A DNA stretch of 64,000 nt from Penicillus capitatus (lineage: Eukaryota > Plantae > Chlorophyta). Position 1 is the first letter of the stretch. Every line of letters begins with the position of its first letter. A model generated the notes under the pieces. It was not told where the DNA came from. It made no database searches and saw nothing but the letters and a program-made list of their open reading frames with translations. The position numbers were made by a program, and so were the translations under genes. Below, piece by piece: positions 1 to 12,524 of this stretch. The DNA lies in the NCBI GenBank assembly GCA_965649825.1, contig OZ287704.1, forward strand, positions 976,301 through 1,040,300, written 5' to 3'.

Positions 1-1038
1 CTGGTCGCAACAGCTGCCGGATTCTGGATGGACAGAATCTGCTCGATAAAAGGCAGAAAATGCAGTAATATGGGTTGCGCTTGAGGGATAAGCGACGGAC
101 AGAAGGATGACAGAGACGGCAAAGCCAATAATCGAAAGGCGCCCAAAGCCGATATCCATCTCCCCTGTGCCACGCGTGCGACAAGATCCAACGTCGTTGT
201 CACCATTCGCTCCAACAGTGTTCCTTGTATGGAGCTGCAGAGTTTTGCATCAAGCGCCCTTTGCAATACTCGAGCGAGTATCGAGAGGATGGCCCTCCGC
301 ATGAGATGCTCTGCCAAGCTCAATCTCCTGCCGTCACTGCTCTCGAGAGATTGATTTCTCCCGTGGGTACACAGCACCGTCATCATGAACCATACGATGC
401 TTCCTCCGTCATTCGACTCTCTTGAGGCGGCATCTCCCGGAGGTCGCAGTAGACACGGGAAATCAATTAGACGATGTTCTAAGATCCGAAAACCCTTCTC
501 TACGGCCATTGCTATTAAATCCAAAAACCCGTCCCGGAAGCTTCTTCTGATTTCTTCCGCTGTCGGAACAACCCTAGTCACAACGGAAAGGCTATGAGCA
601 TCGGATGTTACGTTCGTTCTGGACGATGGAGATCAAGACATGACACACGACGGCGAAGCAAGAAATGTCATCGGATGATCCCACGTCGATGAAGAAGACG
701 ATTCTCGAAACGTGATTCCATGTGAAGCTCCCTCGATGAAAACCCTCTCCTCTGCTGCCAAATTCTTCATACCATTGTCGACGGAGTTCGTTCCGGAAAT
801 TGCGACGGAATAGCCGCGACCGATATGCATTCTACGTAGTGCTTTGCGTCTTTTTCTGCCTTCTGTCCGAAACGCATACCTGAATCTTTATGGCTGAGGC
901 ATTCTCCAACTGTAGCCTTCTTCGCGTTTCTCTCTCGCGTTTGAGACGCGCTAGTGTCTCTTCGCGTGATGCTTCTTTCCGACTGCGTCCGCCCAAATGG
1001 ACGGGTCGTTTCGATCGGTGGTCACCGGGAAACATCAT
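1..1038 (-). CDS. UPL6: HECT E3 ubiquitin ligase, UPL6/UBE3C family, 5' exons only (gene runs off the window start)
   Basis: First exon MFPGDHRSKRPVHLGGRSRKE...RERETRRRLQLENASAIKIQ matches the UPL6/UBE3C N-terminus (LGGRS motif plus IQ-like segment), followed by a GT donor. The HECT domain itself is not in the window. Confidence 0.75.
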
Positions 1039-1695
1039 GGTGGTTGTAATGAAGACGAAGCTCCGTGCGTTCGTGCTGTATTTTGCTTCTCATTTACAGA
1101 CTATGTACGTCATGCAGCGAATGACCAGCCAATGATTATTGCAAACACCAGAAGCAAAAAACAAAACGGATTACCTTCGAGGGCAACAGAACATTTGATC
1201 TTCTTGTTCTTTATCTCTCTTACGATTATCATTTCAGAGATCCATTTCTTAGGAATTCGCTCGAGATGAGTCTCGTCTTGTAGATAAGAGATCGATGGAT
1301 TCACCGGCAATCTCCTATACCGAAAGTTTCTTTACTGTTACTTCTCACTGGAGCAGCGAGACCATGTCGTTAAGCCTGTGAATAGATCTTAGTCTACTCT
1401 TTGGCATTCACGGAGACGATAACGTGTCTCCGATGTTCAATGTGCTCGTATGCAGATTCAGATGGAGGGACCGTGCTGCTAAGTTGAATGACAAGGACAC
1501 AGTGGAGCATCCCGAGGCATGCTGCTGTGCCTCCTCGGACAGGTCATTTTTTTCATCTAATCGTTTTCTACGTCCCATCACGATGAACATTAGAACGACG
1601 ACGCCATTTGAAAGCGAACATACACACGTTTTGTCGAGTCCGTTCTCCGTCTCTGTCACCGATTCGCACCGATCGTTCGTTACGTCAAATTCGCG

Positions 1696-4600
1696 ATGAC
1701 GTTCGGAAGTAGCGGAGGACGCGAGTACTTCTACGACAACGAAACGATGCATCTCTTGGAGGATTTGCGCGGTTTCTATGGTGGGCGCGATTATTCGCAC
1801 ACATGCACCAAAGCGCTGAGACTTTTCAGTCTCCATCTCCAGCCCGTCGTCGACGTTTTCCTCCAGAAGGACTTGGGCGACTCCCGAACTTTTGTCGTCA
1901 AAGCGAAACCGTGGACAGAGAAGGATTTCGTATCGTTGCTTCCAAAACACGTTCGTTCGTTTACGAATGGCGATTGGCGATTGGCCGAGTACTTTAAACG
2001 TCATGCGAGTCAGTTGGACATGCTCACGTGCCGACGAGGTGGACCCGGATCGACATTGGTCGAAGCACTGCAGTACATATCGGTGCGTCTTTTGCGCATC
2101 GAATAGGAATTGAAACGACGCGGTGTACTCATATAGGTCATCCGTTCCCTCGTCAAGGTTTTTCCCGAGAGAATCGAAGCCGACGAGGGAGAAGACGTTT
2201 CGAAAGAGGAGATGGAAGAAGCAGAACAGAATTTGCGCAGAGGCAAGGCGGCGATTCACGATGTCTATCAGGAGATAAAACATGAGATTCTGGATGAACT
2301 TGATGCAGACAGAAGAGGATACGAGCGAGAGTCATTTAGTAAGACACCAATCGCCATTGATAGTTGCCTCAAAGGCCGAGATTCTGTACAGGACGCGAAG
2401 ACAGTAGAGACAGCACTGGCTTTCGAGAGTCCATGCGAAGTGTGCCCATGCGCCATGGGTCAGGTGACAGAAATGATCCGAGAAACGATGGGTTCTCGAG
2501 GCAATTATCTGATCGTCACAGGGATGAAGGTAGACAGTACATCACAAACCTGGATGCAAATGAAAGGCAATTGGGATGTGTAGGATACGGCAGTGGCGAT
2601 TTCGGCGAAAGGCGAGGACATTGGAATGCCGATCATGAAGGATCAATGGCTCGCGGATACGAACAGCAGCAGCGAAGCAAGCGAGATCGACCCCTTCATC
2701 GTTCGAGAACAGACAGTCCAGGTGCGTCGTCTCTTGTTTCTGACCGGATCTATTCTGACGTTAGCATTGAGTGGCAGAGTATGGGGATAGAAGAGATAGA
2801 TTTAGCAGCGGGTGGGATGCTCAGTCGCCACCCGAAAGGGACAGGGGTCCATTCTACAGCACCCATCCCAGTGATGGACAACGATACCACTCAGGTCCGA
2901 TTGTTGCGATGTTTTGTACCTTACTGAGTGAGATGGTAGGATATTGTGGTGAGTCGGGTGCTGGCAACAGGGGATGGGGTTCAGCAGCCAAGGGTTCAGA
3001 AAGGTTCAATGATCATGGTCCAGTAGATAGCCATTCGCCGAGAAGAGATGTGTCTTATGATGGAGGGATGAGCAGTGGCATGCATTTGCCGAGACGTCCA
3101 CCACGCAGTGGGGCGCCACAAGGACCTTCTCGATCCGCATCTGGAGGTGTTTCTCGAGATAATATGACCGGATTGCGCGCGACGAGTCGTGGGGAGCTAG
3201 GACGCTCATTCAGCGACGCAGATCGTGCCCGTTACGAGAGATCGTCGACTTGGGAATCTCGTGAAGATGAGCAGTTTAGGCAGAGAGGATCTGCGCCGGG
3301 AAGAAAGCTCTCGGAGCGGAGGGGTTTTGGAAAACCGTATGGCAACAGACAGGCGCTGGACAGATCTGCATCTTCCGAACATCATGAGACACTTGGAGAG
3401 ATATCTCGTGGACATGGATGGGCCACAACTGCAGCCACTGCACAAGATAGAAAGGGATGGGGAACTGCATCAAGGAGTACAAGAAGACATGGACAGGGAG
3501 GTTCAGTGAAGCAGGAGCCGAGCGAGAATCCGTGGGGAGGCCCCGTGAAACAGAAAGCTCCAAACGAGAATCCATGGGGAAGTGCGGCAACGCAGGAGCA
3601 GCCTGCCCAGAACCCATGGGGAGGAAGAAGTGCGACCCAGCAGGAGCCGCCGGCCCAGAACCCGTGGGGAGGCAGTGCAGCCAAGCAGCAGCCAGTAGCC
3701 CGACAGGAGCAGCCGGCCCAGAACCAGTGGGGAGGCAGTGCGACCCACCAGGAGCAGCCGGTCCAGAACCCATGGGGAGGCAGTGCAACCAAGCAGGAGC
3801 CGCCGGCCCGACAGGAGCTGTCGGCCCAAAACCCGTGGGGAGGCAGTGCAACCAAGCAGGAGCAGCCGGCCCAGAACCCGTGGGGAGGCAGTGCAACCAA
3901 GCAGGAGCAGCCGGCCCAGAACCCGTGGGGAGGCAGCGCAGCCAAGCAGGAGCCAGCAGCCCGACAGGAGCAGCCGGCCCAGAACCCGTGGGGAGGCAGT
4001 GCAGCTACGCAGGAGTCGCCGGTTCAGAATCCATGGGGAGGCAGTACAACCACACAGGATCCGCCAACCCGACAGGAGCAGCCGGCCCAGAATCCATGGG
4101 GAGGCGGTGCGGCAACGCAGGAGCAGCCGGCCCAAAATGTGTGGGGCCAGACGATGAGTGAAACGGGCGGTGATCAGGAAATGAAGGACGAGCCGCCGCC
4201 AAAGGCAATGCACTTGCCTGTCGTTAAAGAAACAGATCTTGACACACAGCCGCAAGCTAGCGAAGGATCATCTGAAAACAATGCTCAGAGAACAGGCTTT
4301 CCTGGTGTGCCTATCACCGCAGAACAGTCTTTATGCAATCCATCTGTGGACGAGAATGAAGAGACAACCGTTACTCAAGACAATCCATGGGCACAGAAGA
4401 CACAAGGACAATCTGAGAATCGGGACAATCAATGGACACCGTCATTCTCACCTCAGACAGTGTTTGCGAATCCATGGTGTTCCAAGGTAGAGTCTCCTGC
4501 TGTGTCGACACAGGCGATGTCGATCAGCTCAAGCATGCCAGATATGGCAGAAGAAGTTCAGAAGGACCCTCAAACCCAAGTCAACGATCAGCAGCCGTGG

Positions 4601-5116
4601 GGATCAAGCAACACCTCTACAGTGACAGGAAACATGGCAGGCACTTCGAGCCCATCAGACAAGCAGCCAGTCAATCCATGGTGTCCATCGGCTCAGTCAT
4701 CAACCTTTGGCAGCCAGTTCGGCAGGGTGAGCAGTGCACCCACAAATCTCAACGGCGCCAATCCTTGGAATTCGCAACCGCAGCAAGACACGTCGACATG
4801 GAATACAGCGGATGCAATGCGGAGATCCGATCCACCCACAGAGATCAGCAACTTTAATTCCACGTTGCCGTTCCACAGGACAGAAGATGAAAAGCACATC
4901 AGTGCCTCGCCAGAGACGGAGTCGAAAGACAGTAGTAGTGTCGCTTTCGGTACCCGGAGGCTCAAACCGCCTCCAGGTTTTGAAGGATCAGTGAGAAGAA
5001 CGGCATCGATGCCACCATCCAGTATCGGCCACAGTTCTGCCGAAGAACAACAGAACAGTCTACCAAGATTGGACATCATACAAGACAACGACGATTCGCG
5101 CCCTCCCGGGATTTGA
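1696..5116 (+). CDS. Multi-exon protein: unassigned ~200-aa N-terminal domain, R/D/G/S-rich linker, reiterated WG/GW repeats, C-terminal PPPGF/PPGI motifs
   Basis: ORFs 1696-2106, 2212-2340, 2391-2750 and 2771-5116 join in frame through short GT-AG introns (about 2083-2136, 2340-2390, 2529-2582, 2896-2940). About 13 tandem (N/Q)PWG(G/S) motifs lie at 3520-4150, with further GW/WG motifs elsewhere. Confidence 0.75.
3520..4150 (+). repeat. Coding tandem repeat (about 45- and 63-nt units) encoding QNPWGGSATKQEQPA-like units
   Basis: Repeated cagaacccgtggggaggcagtgcaaccaagcaggagcagccggcc and variants are visible directly. Confidence 0.95.
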
Positions 5117-5206
5117 TTGATTGATGCGTCTGCTTTGATCGAAAAAAAGAAACTGACACCAGACCATACAATAACATCCTGCTTTTCCCAGGACGTGAAT
5201 GTACAG

Positions 5207-6265
5207 TTACGCAGACAAGGGCTTTTTGGAACACATTGGAGCGAATCTCTTTTTTGTCGGACATTGCTGGAAACAAGGCGTTTGCAGAATCGGATCTTCC
5301 GTTTCTGGCAACGGCTTTCTGCCAAAACAGAACCTGAATAAGAAAATCATGACTATATCCTTTTCTTTGCACAAGCGGGTTTACTGGCAGCTGAAGTCTT
5401 CATAGTTTGGTTCGAGGGCGACGTCGATTCCCATTTCTTCTTTGAAAAAATCCTGTGTCCAAGAGTGGATGTGAGCAGAGACGACGGATTGAGGATTTTG
5501 GACTTGGGTTGGCAGTTTACAGCTGTTGTGGCAAATCGAAGCGCATCCACTTTCTTCAAGGAAACGACATCTTTCCACAAGGACGCCTTGTCCATGTCCT
5601 ATCTAATGAAATGAAATATCTCTTCTTTTCTGTCCTTGTTTACGGTCCGTTGCACCTCTCCATTGTTCATTTCAATGTCATTCACTTCCATGGATCCCAT
5701 AAGCCACGTACAGGCCACACTTGTTGTCCAGGCATTAATTCTGGCAGAGATCTGAGGGAAAGGCTGCGAGATACACAACTGCAACAGAAACAGAGGTGCG
5801 TGCCATGATGTGACAGCAGAATAGTCGCACATTGACAGCTGCAGTGAACCAGACAGGAAAGAGGGAATGGAGCACTGCTGCCGCTTTCTCTCTTGTCTCG
5901 GCAGGTGTGTTCATGCGAGGATCGTTAAGGCGACGCGCTAAATCAATGATCCCTTCGAATCTAGACGTTAGATCCACAAAATAATAAACGGCCATCTGCG
6001 TGACTCACCCTTCCAGTGGTGAATCCTTTCCTCCGGCAGCTTCTACCAAGGCTTTTCTGAAGACTGTCATCAGTACACGATTCAGAGGCGATCTCTCAAA
6101 AACAGTGTGATCGGGCTTTGCTGTCTTAGGTCCTGCATCTATCAAGATATCATATTTCGGCGTCGCAGCGTGTCTCAGCCATCCCGATGCTCTCACACTG
6201 CCTGAGCACTTTTGGTGGTGGGCCGTTTGGTGATGTGTTCGGAAAGAGACCGCTCGATGATGCAT
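5207..6265 (-). CDS. D27: Beta-carotene isomerase D27-like protein (DUF4033), probably plastid-targeted
   Basis: Exons read ERCRFLEESGCASICHNSCKLPTQ, FFKEEMGIDVALEPNYEDFSCQFCFGRKP and TPCFQQCP, the Cys-rich D27 signature. TAA stop at 5207-5209; the N-terminus is transit-peptide-like. Confidence 0.85.
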
Positions 6266-6455
6266 GGCGCGAGCGGATCGAAGTCTGCGGCTTGGGTGAT
6301 GTGCAATGTGATGTGACCTTCGGTGAGACGTCGTGTCACTCGGGTCCTCTTCGTCTTCCAGCTCCCGATGAACTTCACAGACAAACCGTCTTTACAAGTT
6401 ACGTATTCTGAGCTGCATGTGTACGCATTACGCCCTTTTGCCGACGCTGAAGTAA

Positions 6456-8728
6456 ATGTGTGACATAAAGAGCAAAACTACTGAGTATGGCGAAGGAAGC
6501 TCCCCTTCGGCACCACCCATATCGGCCGCATTCGGAGGTCTGTCATCTCTGAGTACCACATGAACGCACGAACTTCTGCTTTTGGTAGAAACGGTGTACC
6601 CGTCATGCACTCCGTTGCCTCCAACGAACATGACACTATCAAGTACAGGAGAACGGTTGTCTTGATATCTGTCTCGAGAGTGATAAACAGGGGATAGTCA
6701 TTTGGTGAGAGATTTGTTGCGGAAAGCCGATGGAGATACTGTAAAAGTGGCGAGCTGGTTGGAAACTATGGGTGAAAGTGTGACGCCTGCTGAATTGCAG
6801 AGAGAACTGGAAATGTGTGATATGCATGCTCAAGGCGATGATATCGACACCATCGCCGCTCAGCTGGGAGCACCCGAAACGTACTTCTGTCCAGTTTCAT
6901 TTCATCTCTTTCGAGACCCTGTCCTTCTCCAAACTGGCCAAACGTAACCCTATATCGCATTGTGTAAGACGGCATATCAGCAAAGCGTGATGCAGATATG
7001 AGAGAAGTGTGATTCAACGTTGGTTATCCGAAGGCGGTTCCATCTGTCCCAATACTGGAATCGAGCTTCCAACTCCTGTCGTTCTTACACCGAACGTTGC
7101 TCTGCGCCATGCCATCGAAGAATGGGCGCAGAAATATGCAGAATGGATGCTGGTCTGTCCTCGTCTTGATCGACACCGTCGTTGCTGATGTGGTAGATGC
7201 AGGGACCCAATGGAAGAATATTGCCACTGCCTTCAGATAGGCACAACCGCAATCAGCCGCTGCTGTTCCAGCCAGCCATTACCGAAGGGGTCGAAGAAAT
7301 CCCGATAAGAATTCGAGAAGATGTCAACCACCACCGACGTGGTCGTGCACAGTATCGTCAACACCACATTGAAATGTGACGCACACACTCCACCATCGCA
7401 CTCTTCTCATGGTCGGTCTTCTGTAGGACTCAGTCTCAGTACGACCGCATTCGACGTTGTGTCTTCTTACTCTTTATGATCACCGTCGCGCATTTCGTTC
7501 TCTTTGTTATTACCCTGAATTCAGGGGACTGGAAGGTGAGGAGACAGAATCCCGATGACATGACAGGAGTGCAAACGTGGTTCTGTGATGCAGTTTGCCA
7601 AGATTGATGATAATCCGCTGATTGGATTTGAAGCCAATACGATTCGTCGAACAGGAGGAACGGATACCTATTTGATATCGGAAAGAAATGAATGGTGGAG
7701 AATGGCGACCTCTGCTCTGATGACGAGTGGCATCATTCATTTACAATGGGTGGTGTGTTGTCTCTGGACATGTGGACGATTTCTGGCGGCGCGCATGTCA
7801 TTCGTCTCACTCGGGCTGCTCTACGTGATCAGCTCCCTCTGCGGCGTCCTGCTTTCTGCCAATTTCTCTATCGTCTCTGAAGGAACGGGTGGATCTGCTG
7901 GCGCCTTCGGATTCATTGGTAAGGGAGCCGTGTCGATTGAAGCCGAAATGATGATCGTGATGTGACAGGAGCTGTTATGGTCGAAACGCTTGTTCATCGC
8001 AAGCACTACCGTCATCACTTCACTTCCATTTTCTTCCTGACCCTCATTGCCTCTGTCGGGATCCTGATGGGAACGACGCCGCTTGTGGATAACTGGACAA
8101 ATCTGGGCGGCTTTGTTGGCGGTTTCTCCATGGCCATGGCACTCAGATTGACGCATCGAGCTCTGCAAGGATCTGCTCCCTACATCGAAGGCTTCATGGT
8201 CGTCTTCCAAGTCTTCTGGTTTTTACTCGTCGGCTGTTTTGTCGTTGGCGGATGCATCGGCATCTTCCTCAACAAGGACAGTCGACAAGAGTGCAATTGG
8301 TGTCGGCAGCTCACTTGCGTCGACATGAATTGGTGGGATTGCGATGTCGCTGTCCTTCCTCCCGATGATTATCAGCTCAAATGCGAGTATGATATCAAAG
8401 GCAATCTGACAGCCACCATCCTCTGCCCATCGGTAACGCGCTCGCTCTCTTTTCACGCAGATTTCATTTTTGCGTACAGGGGAGAAATGAAACGGTACAG
8501 TTGGGAGATGCTTCGACAAAGGATCTCAACAGAAAACTCGATCAGGAATGTCAGAAGACGTGTGCCGATACCTCGACACATAACTCCAAGGACAAAAAGT
8601 CCCCCGTTTCAAGTCGCCCTCCTTCTATCCCGATCAACCGACCTCCGGACGCAAATCCAGTGAGATCCGAAGATGATGACGAAAACCAGCTGCGAGAAGG
8701 CAATACCATAATAGACACTCTAGAATAG
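6456..8728 (+). CDS. U-box domain fused to a rhomboid-family membrane domain lacking the catalytic His (predicted pseudoprotease)
   Basis: U-box: PETYFCPVSFHLFRDPVLLQTGQT|YERSVIQRWL...CPNTG...LTPNVALRHAIEEW. It continues in frame via GT-AG introns into rhomboid motifs DNPLIG, EWWR, GGSAGAFG, VDNWTNLGG and CNWCRQLTCV. Confidence 0.85.
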
Positions 8729-9484
8729 AGCAATGAGGTCCCATGATCCTACGGTTGAGGAGGATAGAGGTGTCCGACGTTCACTTGTTTGAACAAAGAT
8801 CGTGTTTCGGAAACATGTAAAACAGACAAGTAGATGGCACGTCATCTCAAGACGCATGCCCATGCTGTGGTCATCATTTGGACTCTGCCAACTCTATCAT
8901 GCTTCTGTAGACAGGCCAACTGCACGGCCGCTGCAGAAACGACATCACACATTGCGTTCCGAATGGTGTCTAGTCATTTTGCTGCTACTGCCGGAATGCA
9001 CTTCGCTGTGAACATCACACGCCATCGTTTATCACACTTATATCACACTTTTCATTTCTCACAGATCATACTGAGTTAGGAACATTTCTTAGGAGACGCA
9101 CATATTTTATAATGCTATCCAGTCCACATCGTTGCACAAGGCGACGCCGATCGACGATGTTGCAAGATCCGTCATTCTTCTGACGAACTTCTGTGGTGTT
9201 TCGCCGCAAGATGAGTCATCCCGCGTCGCTGTTATCCCACCGACTAAAACGAGGTATAGTGACGGGACGCGCAACGATCATTGTATGTTAGACCATCTGA
9301 CATTGTCTGCATTCCACGTCGCACGTGTATTGTTATTCCCATGCGTGACACAAAGAGAAACGAAGTGCATTCGCGTTCGCGTCGTGCCGTCCGTCCACAC
9401 GACAGGCAACACGACGCAAACGGCAACGGACATACGACGCTCGCGGCAACAGAAGAGTCCGGAGGACTCGGTGCGTTCGGTCGT

Positions 9485-12309
9485 ATGAGCATCGACGAAG
9501 ACGAGTTACTCAAATTGCTGAAAAACGAAGTGCCAGGCGAAGATTCGACCTCAGCTGCCGAGAATACCGATTCGCGATCGGTCGAAGACGATATGGCTCG
9601 CGAAAGCTCCGAGTGCTTTGCCGATTTGGAACGGGAACTCTCGGCTGCGCTGAACCGAAGTCAGGAAGAAGAGAATTCAGAACTGCGTCCTCTGACACCG
9701 GAAGATGTCAAAGATGTCTCGAGGACGACAACCCGAGAAGAGACCGTCTCTTCTGGCAGAACGGGAAAAGAATCATCGTCGGCAGATGAGAGCAGCGTGG
9801 AGGGAGAGACTTGTGAGGGCAAGAGAACCAAACGCAAGGCGGAAATGGGATCGAAATCGCCCATGAAGAAAACGAAGTATTATGAAACGAATAATACTGT
9901 ACGGAAGCCGGGATGGGCAGAAGACATGTTAAAAAATCGACCCTCTGTGATGATCTCACAGAAAAATCCAAATCCGTCGTCAACAAGAGCACAGCATCAG
10001 AAAGAACCATTTCATACGAAGAAGACCAGAATCGATCAGGCTTCGATGGAGCCTATTGTTGTTGGAAATGCCTATCACGGAGCACGGCGCAGTGCTCCTG
10101 TGTCCAGAAAGCCAATGATCGACGAGCGTTTTATGCCTCCGGGATGGTTGGACTGTCCAGGTCTCGAAGGCAAATGGGGTATCTTTCTATTCTCCAAGGT
10201 AGAGATGGCATGGATGGGCATTGTTCTCTATGAGAATGTGCATGCCTGTCCAGACGCCTCTGGGAGAGAGATGGAATCATCTGATACCACCCAGCAAGCG
10301 CTATACACCGCAGATGGTTTTGCAGACGGCGGCGAACCGAAGCCAACACGTAGGGCTCGTCTGGACTCTCTCCAGTCTTGCCTATCTGTGTTGTTATTTG
10401 TCAGATTGGTTTGGTCATTGATCTCACCAATTCTTCGCTCTACTACGATCCGTATGAATTCCAGAGGCACGGTGCTCAGTATCACAAGGTTGGATCGTCG
10501 TCCACCGTCTTCCCTTTGGCATGGATCTTGTGGAATGCAGATTCGTTGCCAGGGGCATGGCGCCACTCCAAGTCCGGAAGCTGTCAACGAGTTCTGGTGG
10601 ACGGTCTCCCAATTCGAACGGCGAAGAACGAATCGTTTCATACTGGTCCACTGCACACACGGCTTCAACAGAACAGGCATGTGTCATCTGTCGTGATGCA
10701 TGGTGTGAATAGCAGGGAGTGTTCAGGCTTCATGGTGGCACACTTTACCATGCGTTGGGCTGAGAAAGATACCATCAATGGCATCATCCGAACGTTTGCT
10801 GTACGTAGACCTCCTGGCATCTACAAGAACGAATACATCCAGGAGCTTCTAGAATACTATCACGAACCCAGGTACTCAGAACGCATTCCACGGACTCGTG
10901 GCCAGCGCATCTGGGCAGGAGTTCGAAACTCATCACTCCCTCCGTGCCCGAATGGAAAGGCCTTTCTCATGAGGAGAAAGAAGATGAAGATGCCACAAGG
11001 GAAACAAGCTCACGTTGCTCCGCCCTCCGCCCTCCTCTTTGAGTTTAAGAGGCTGTTGGTTTTGGTTAGGAATGATTGTGCACATGACATCCAGCGAAGC
11101 CATGACACCCGACGATCCAATTGGAGAACGCCTGTTGCCTCGAGAACAGGAGTGTCTGCAGTCTGAGATTCTGACTCTGATGCTGGGCTCTCAGAGGCAT
11201 TACAGTCGATTTCCAGGTGCTCAGCCAGTTTCCATGGATCGCAGTAACCTCGAGCTCCTCGCCAACAAACGGCATTGCCATTCTCAATCGATCTTGCTGT
11301 TGACAATGACTCTGAAGGTACTGGGTGACATACAAGGCAGATGGAACGCGTTACATGTTGTTGCTCATGAAGCATGGCGTGTACGTCATCAACAGAGGCT
11401 TTGAGTTTCAGCGTGTGGAAATGCGATTCCCTGCGGCTTTCAAAAACGATCATACCACCGTCAATCCTGGAATTCCACACCATATGACGCTATTGGATGG
11501 AGAGATGGTCATTGATCACGACCAGGAACGCGGCATCTATACGCGAAAATATCTGGTGTATGATCTGGTATTATATGAAGGTCAATCCTGGATGTCTGTG
11601 CCATGGAAGCAACGCTTTGCTCAGTTGCGCGAGATTGTCAATCTCCGCAATTCAGAAAAATCAATGATCGCAAAGAAACAATCGGCATTTGACTATCAGT
11701 ATCGCGATGAGCCCTTTGAGGTAGAGGCAAAGATGTTCTGGTGCATGGGTCAAGTCGAAGGAATCGTAAAAACCATACCAACGCTGAAGCATGAGTGTGA
11801 CGGGTTCATTTTCCAAGCCTATTGGGATAACTACAAAGTGGGCACACATGAGGAGCTTCTCAAATGGAAGTACGCCCACATGAACTCCGTCGATTTTCGC
11901 TACAGTTACGAAATCAATTCAGAGCGTGAGTCCCTCTACCGCCGCCATGCGCCGCCTTTGATTTCTGTGCCTTCCAGATGACGGGCAGGTTTTTCTGTTG
12001 AACAGGACAGAGGTATTGTGTGATGGGGTCAACGTGGATTTCCCGAATGAGGGGGATAAAGAGAGGTACAATGGAAAGATCATCGAGTGTGCCTATAATC
12101 AACAGACAAATCGATGGATCTTTCTGAGAGAAAGAGTGGACAAGAAGTCGCCAAATGCTTACAGTGTCTACGAGAAAGTGCTCAAAAGCATCAGGGACAA
12201 CATCACCCAGCAGGAGCTTGTGAATAGAATGCTAGATCTGTTTACCGAGTCTGCTATCTATGCTCAAGACAGAGAGAAATTGGCAAATTACAATCCTGTT
12301 AAAAATTAG
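9485..12309 (+). CDS. RNGTT: mRNA capping enzyme (RNA 5'-triphosphatase plus guanylyltransferase)
   Basis: Triphosphatase motifs PPGWLDCP, LVIDLTN and VHCTHGFNRTG. GTase motifs YKADGTRY, LLDGEM, DGFIF, LLKWK, KIIEC and RERVDK. TAG stop at 12307-12309. Confidence 0.95.
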
Positions 12310-12524
12310 AACGGCGGAGACGTTGATTTCTGAATCGTGCTTGCTTCAAGGTTGAGATTTTATTCGTGCATCCATCCATCGATCGATCGATCTTATCAAT
12401 TCATTGCTTTAGCAGAAAGGATCTAGTCTCTGTTTTATACTTTGCTCACTGACATTGAAAAAGATTCTGCTCAGTCATTCTTCTGCATAGCTAGATAGAG
12501 TTCTTGATGTCAGCTCGTGCGTAT

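Noticed and set aside
1408-4255. Long antisense or alternative-frame ORFs (1408-2283, 3276-3896, 3382-3945, 3503-4255)
   Set aside because: They are shadows of the plus-strand gene and its stop-poor GC-rich repeat, with no recognisable motifs.
1696-5116. WG-repeat protein as Pol IV/V largest subunit (NRPD1/NRPE1) or SPT5L
   Set aside because: No RNA polymerase (e.g. DFDGD), NGN or KOW motifs, and the non-repeat part is far too short.
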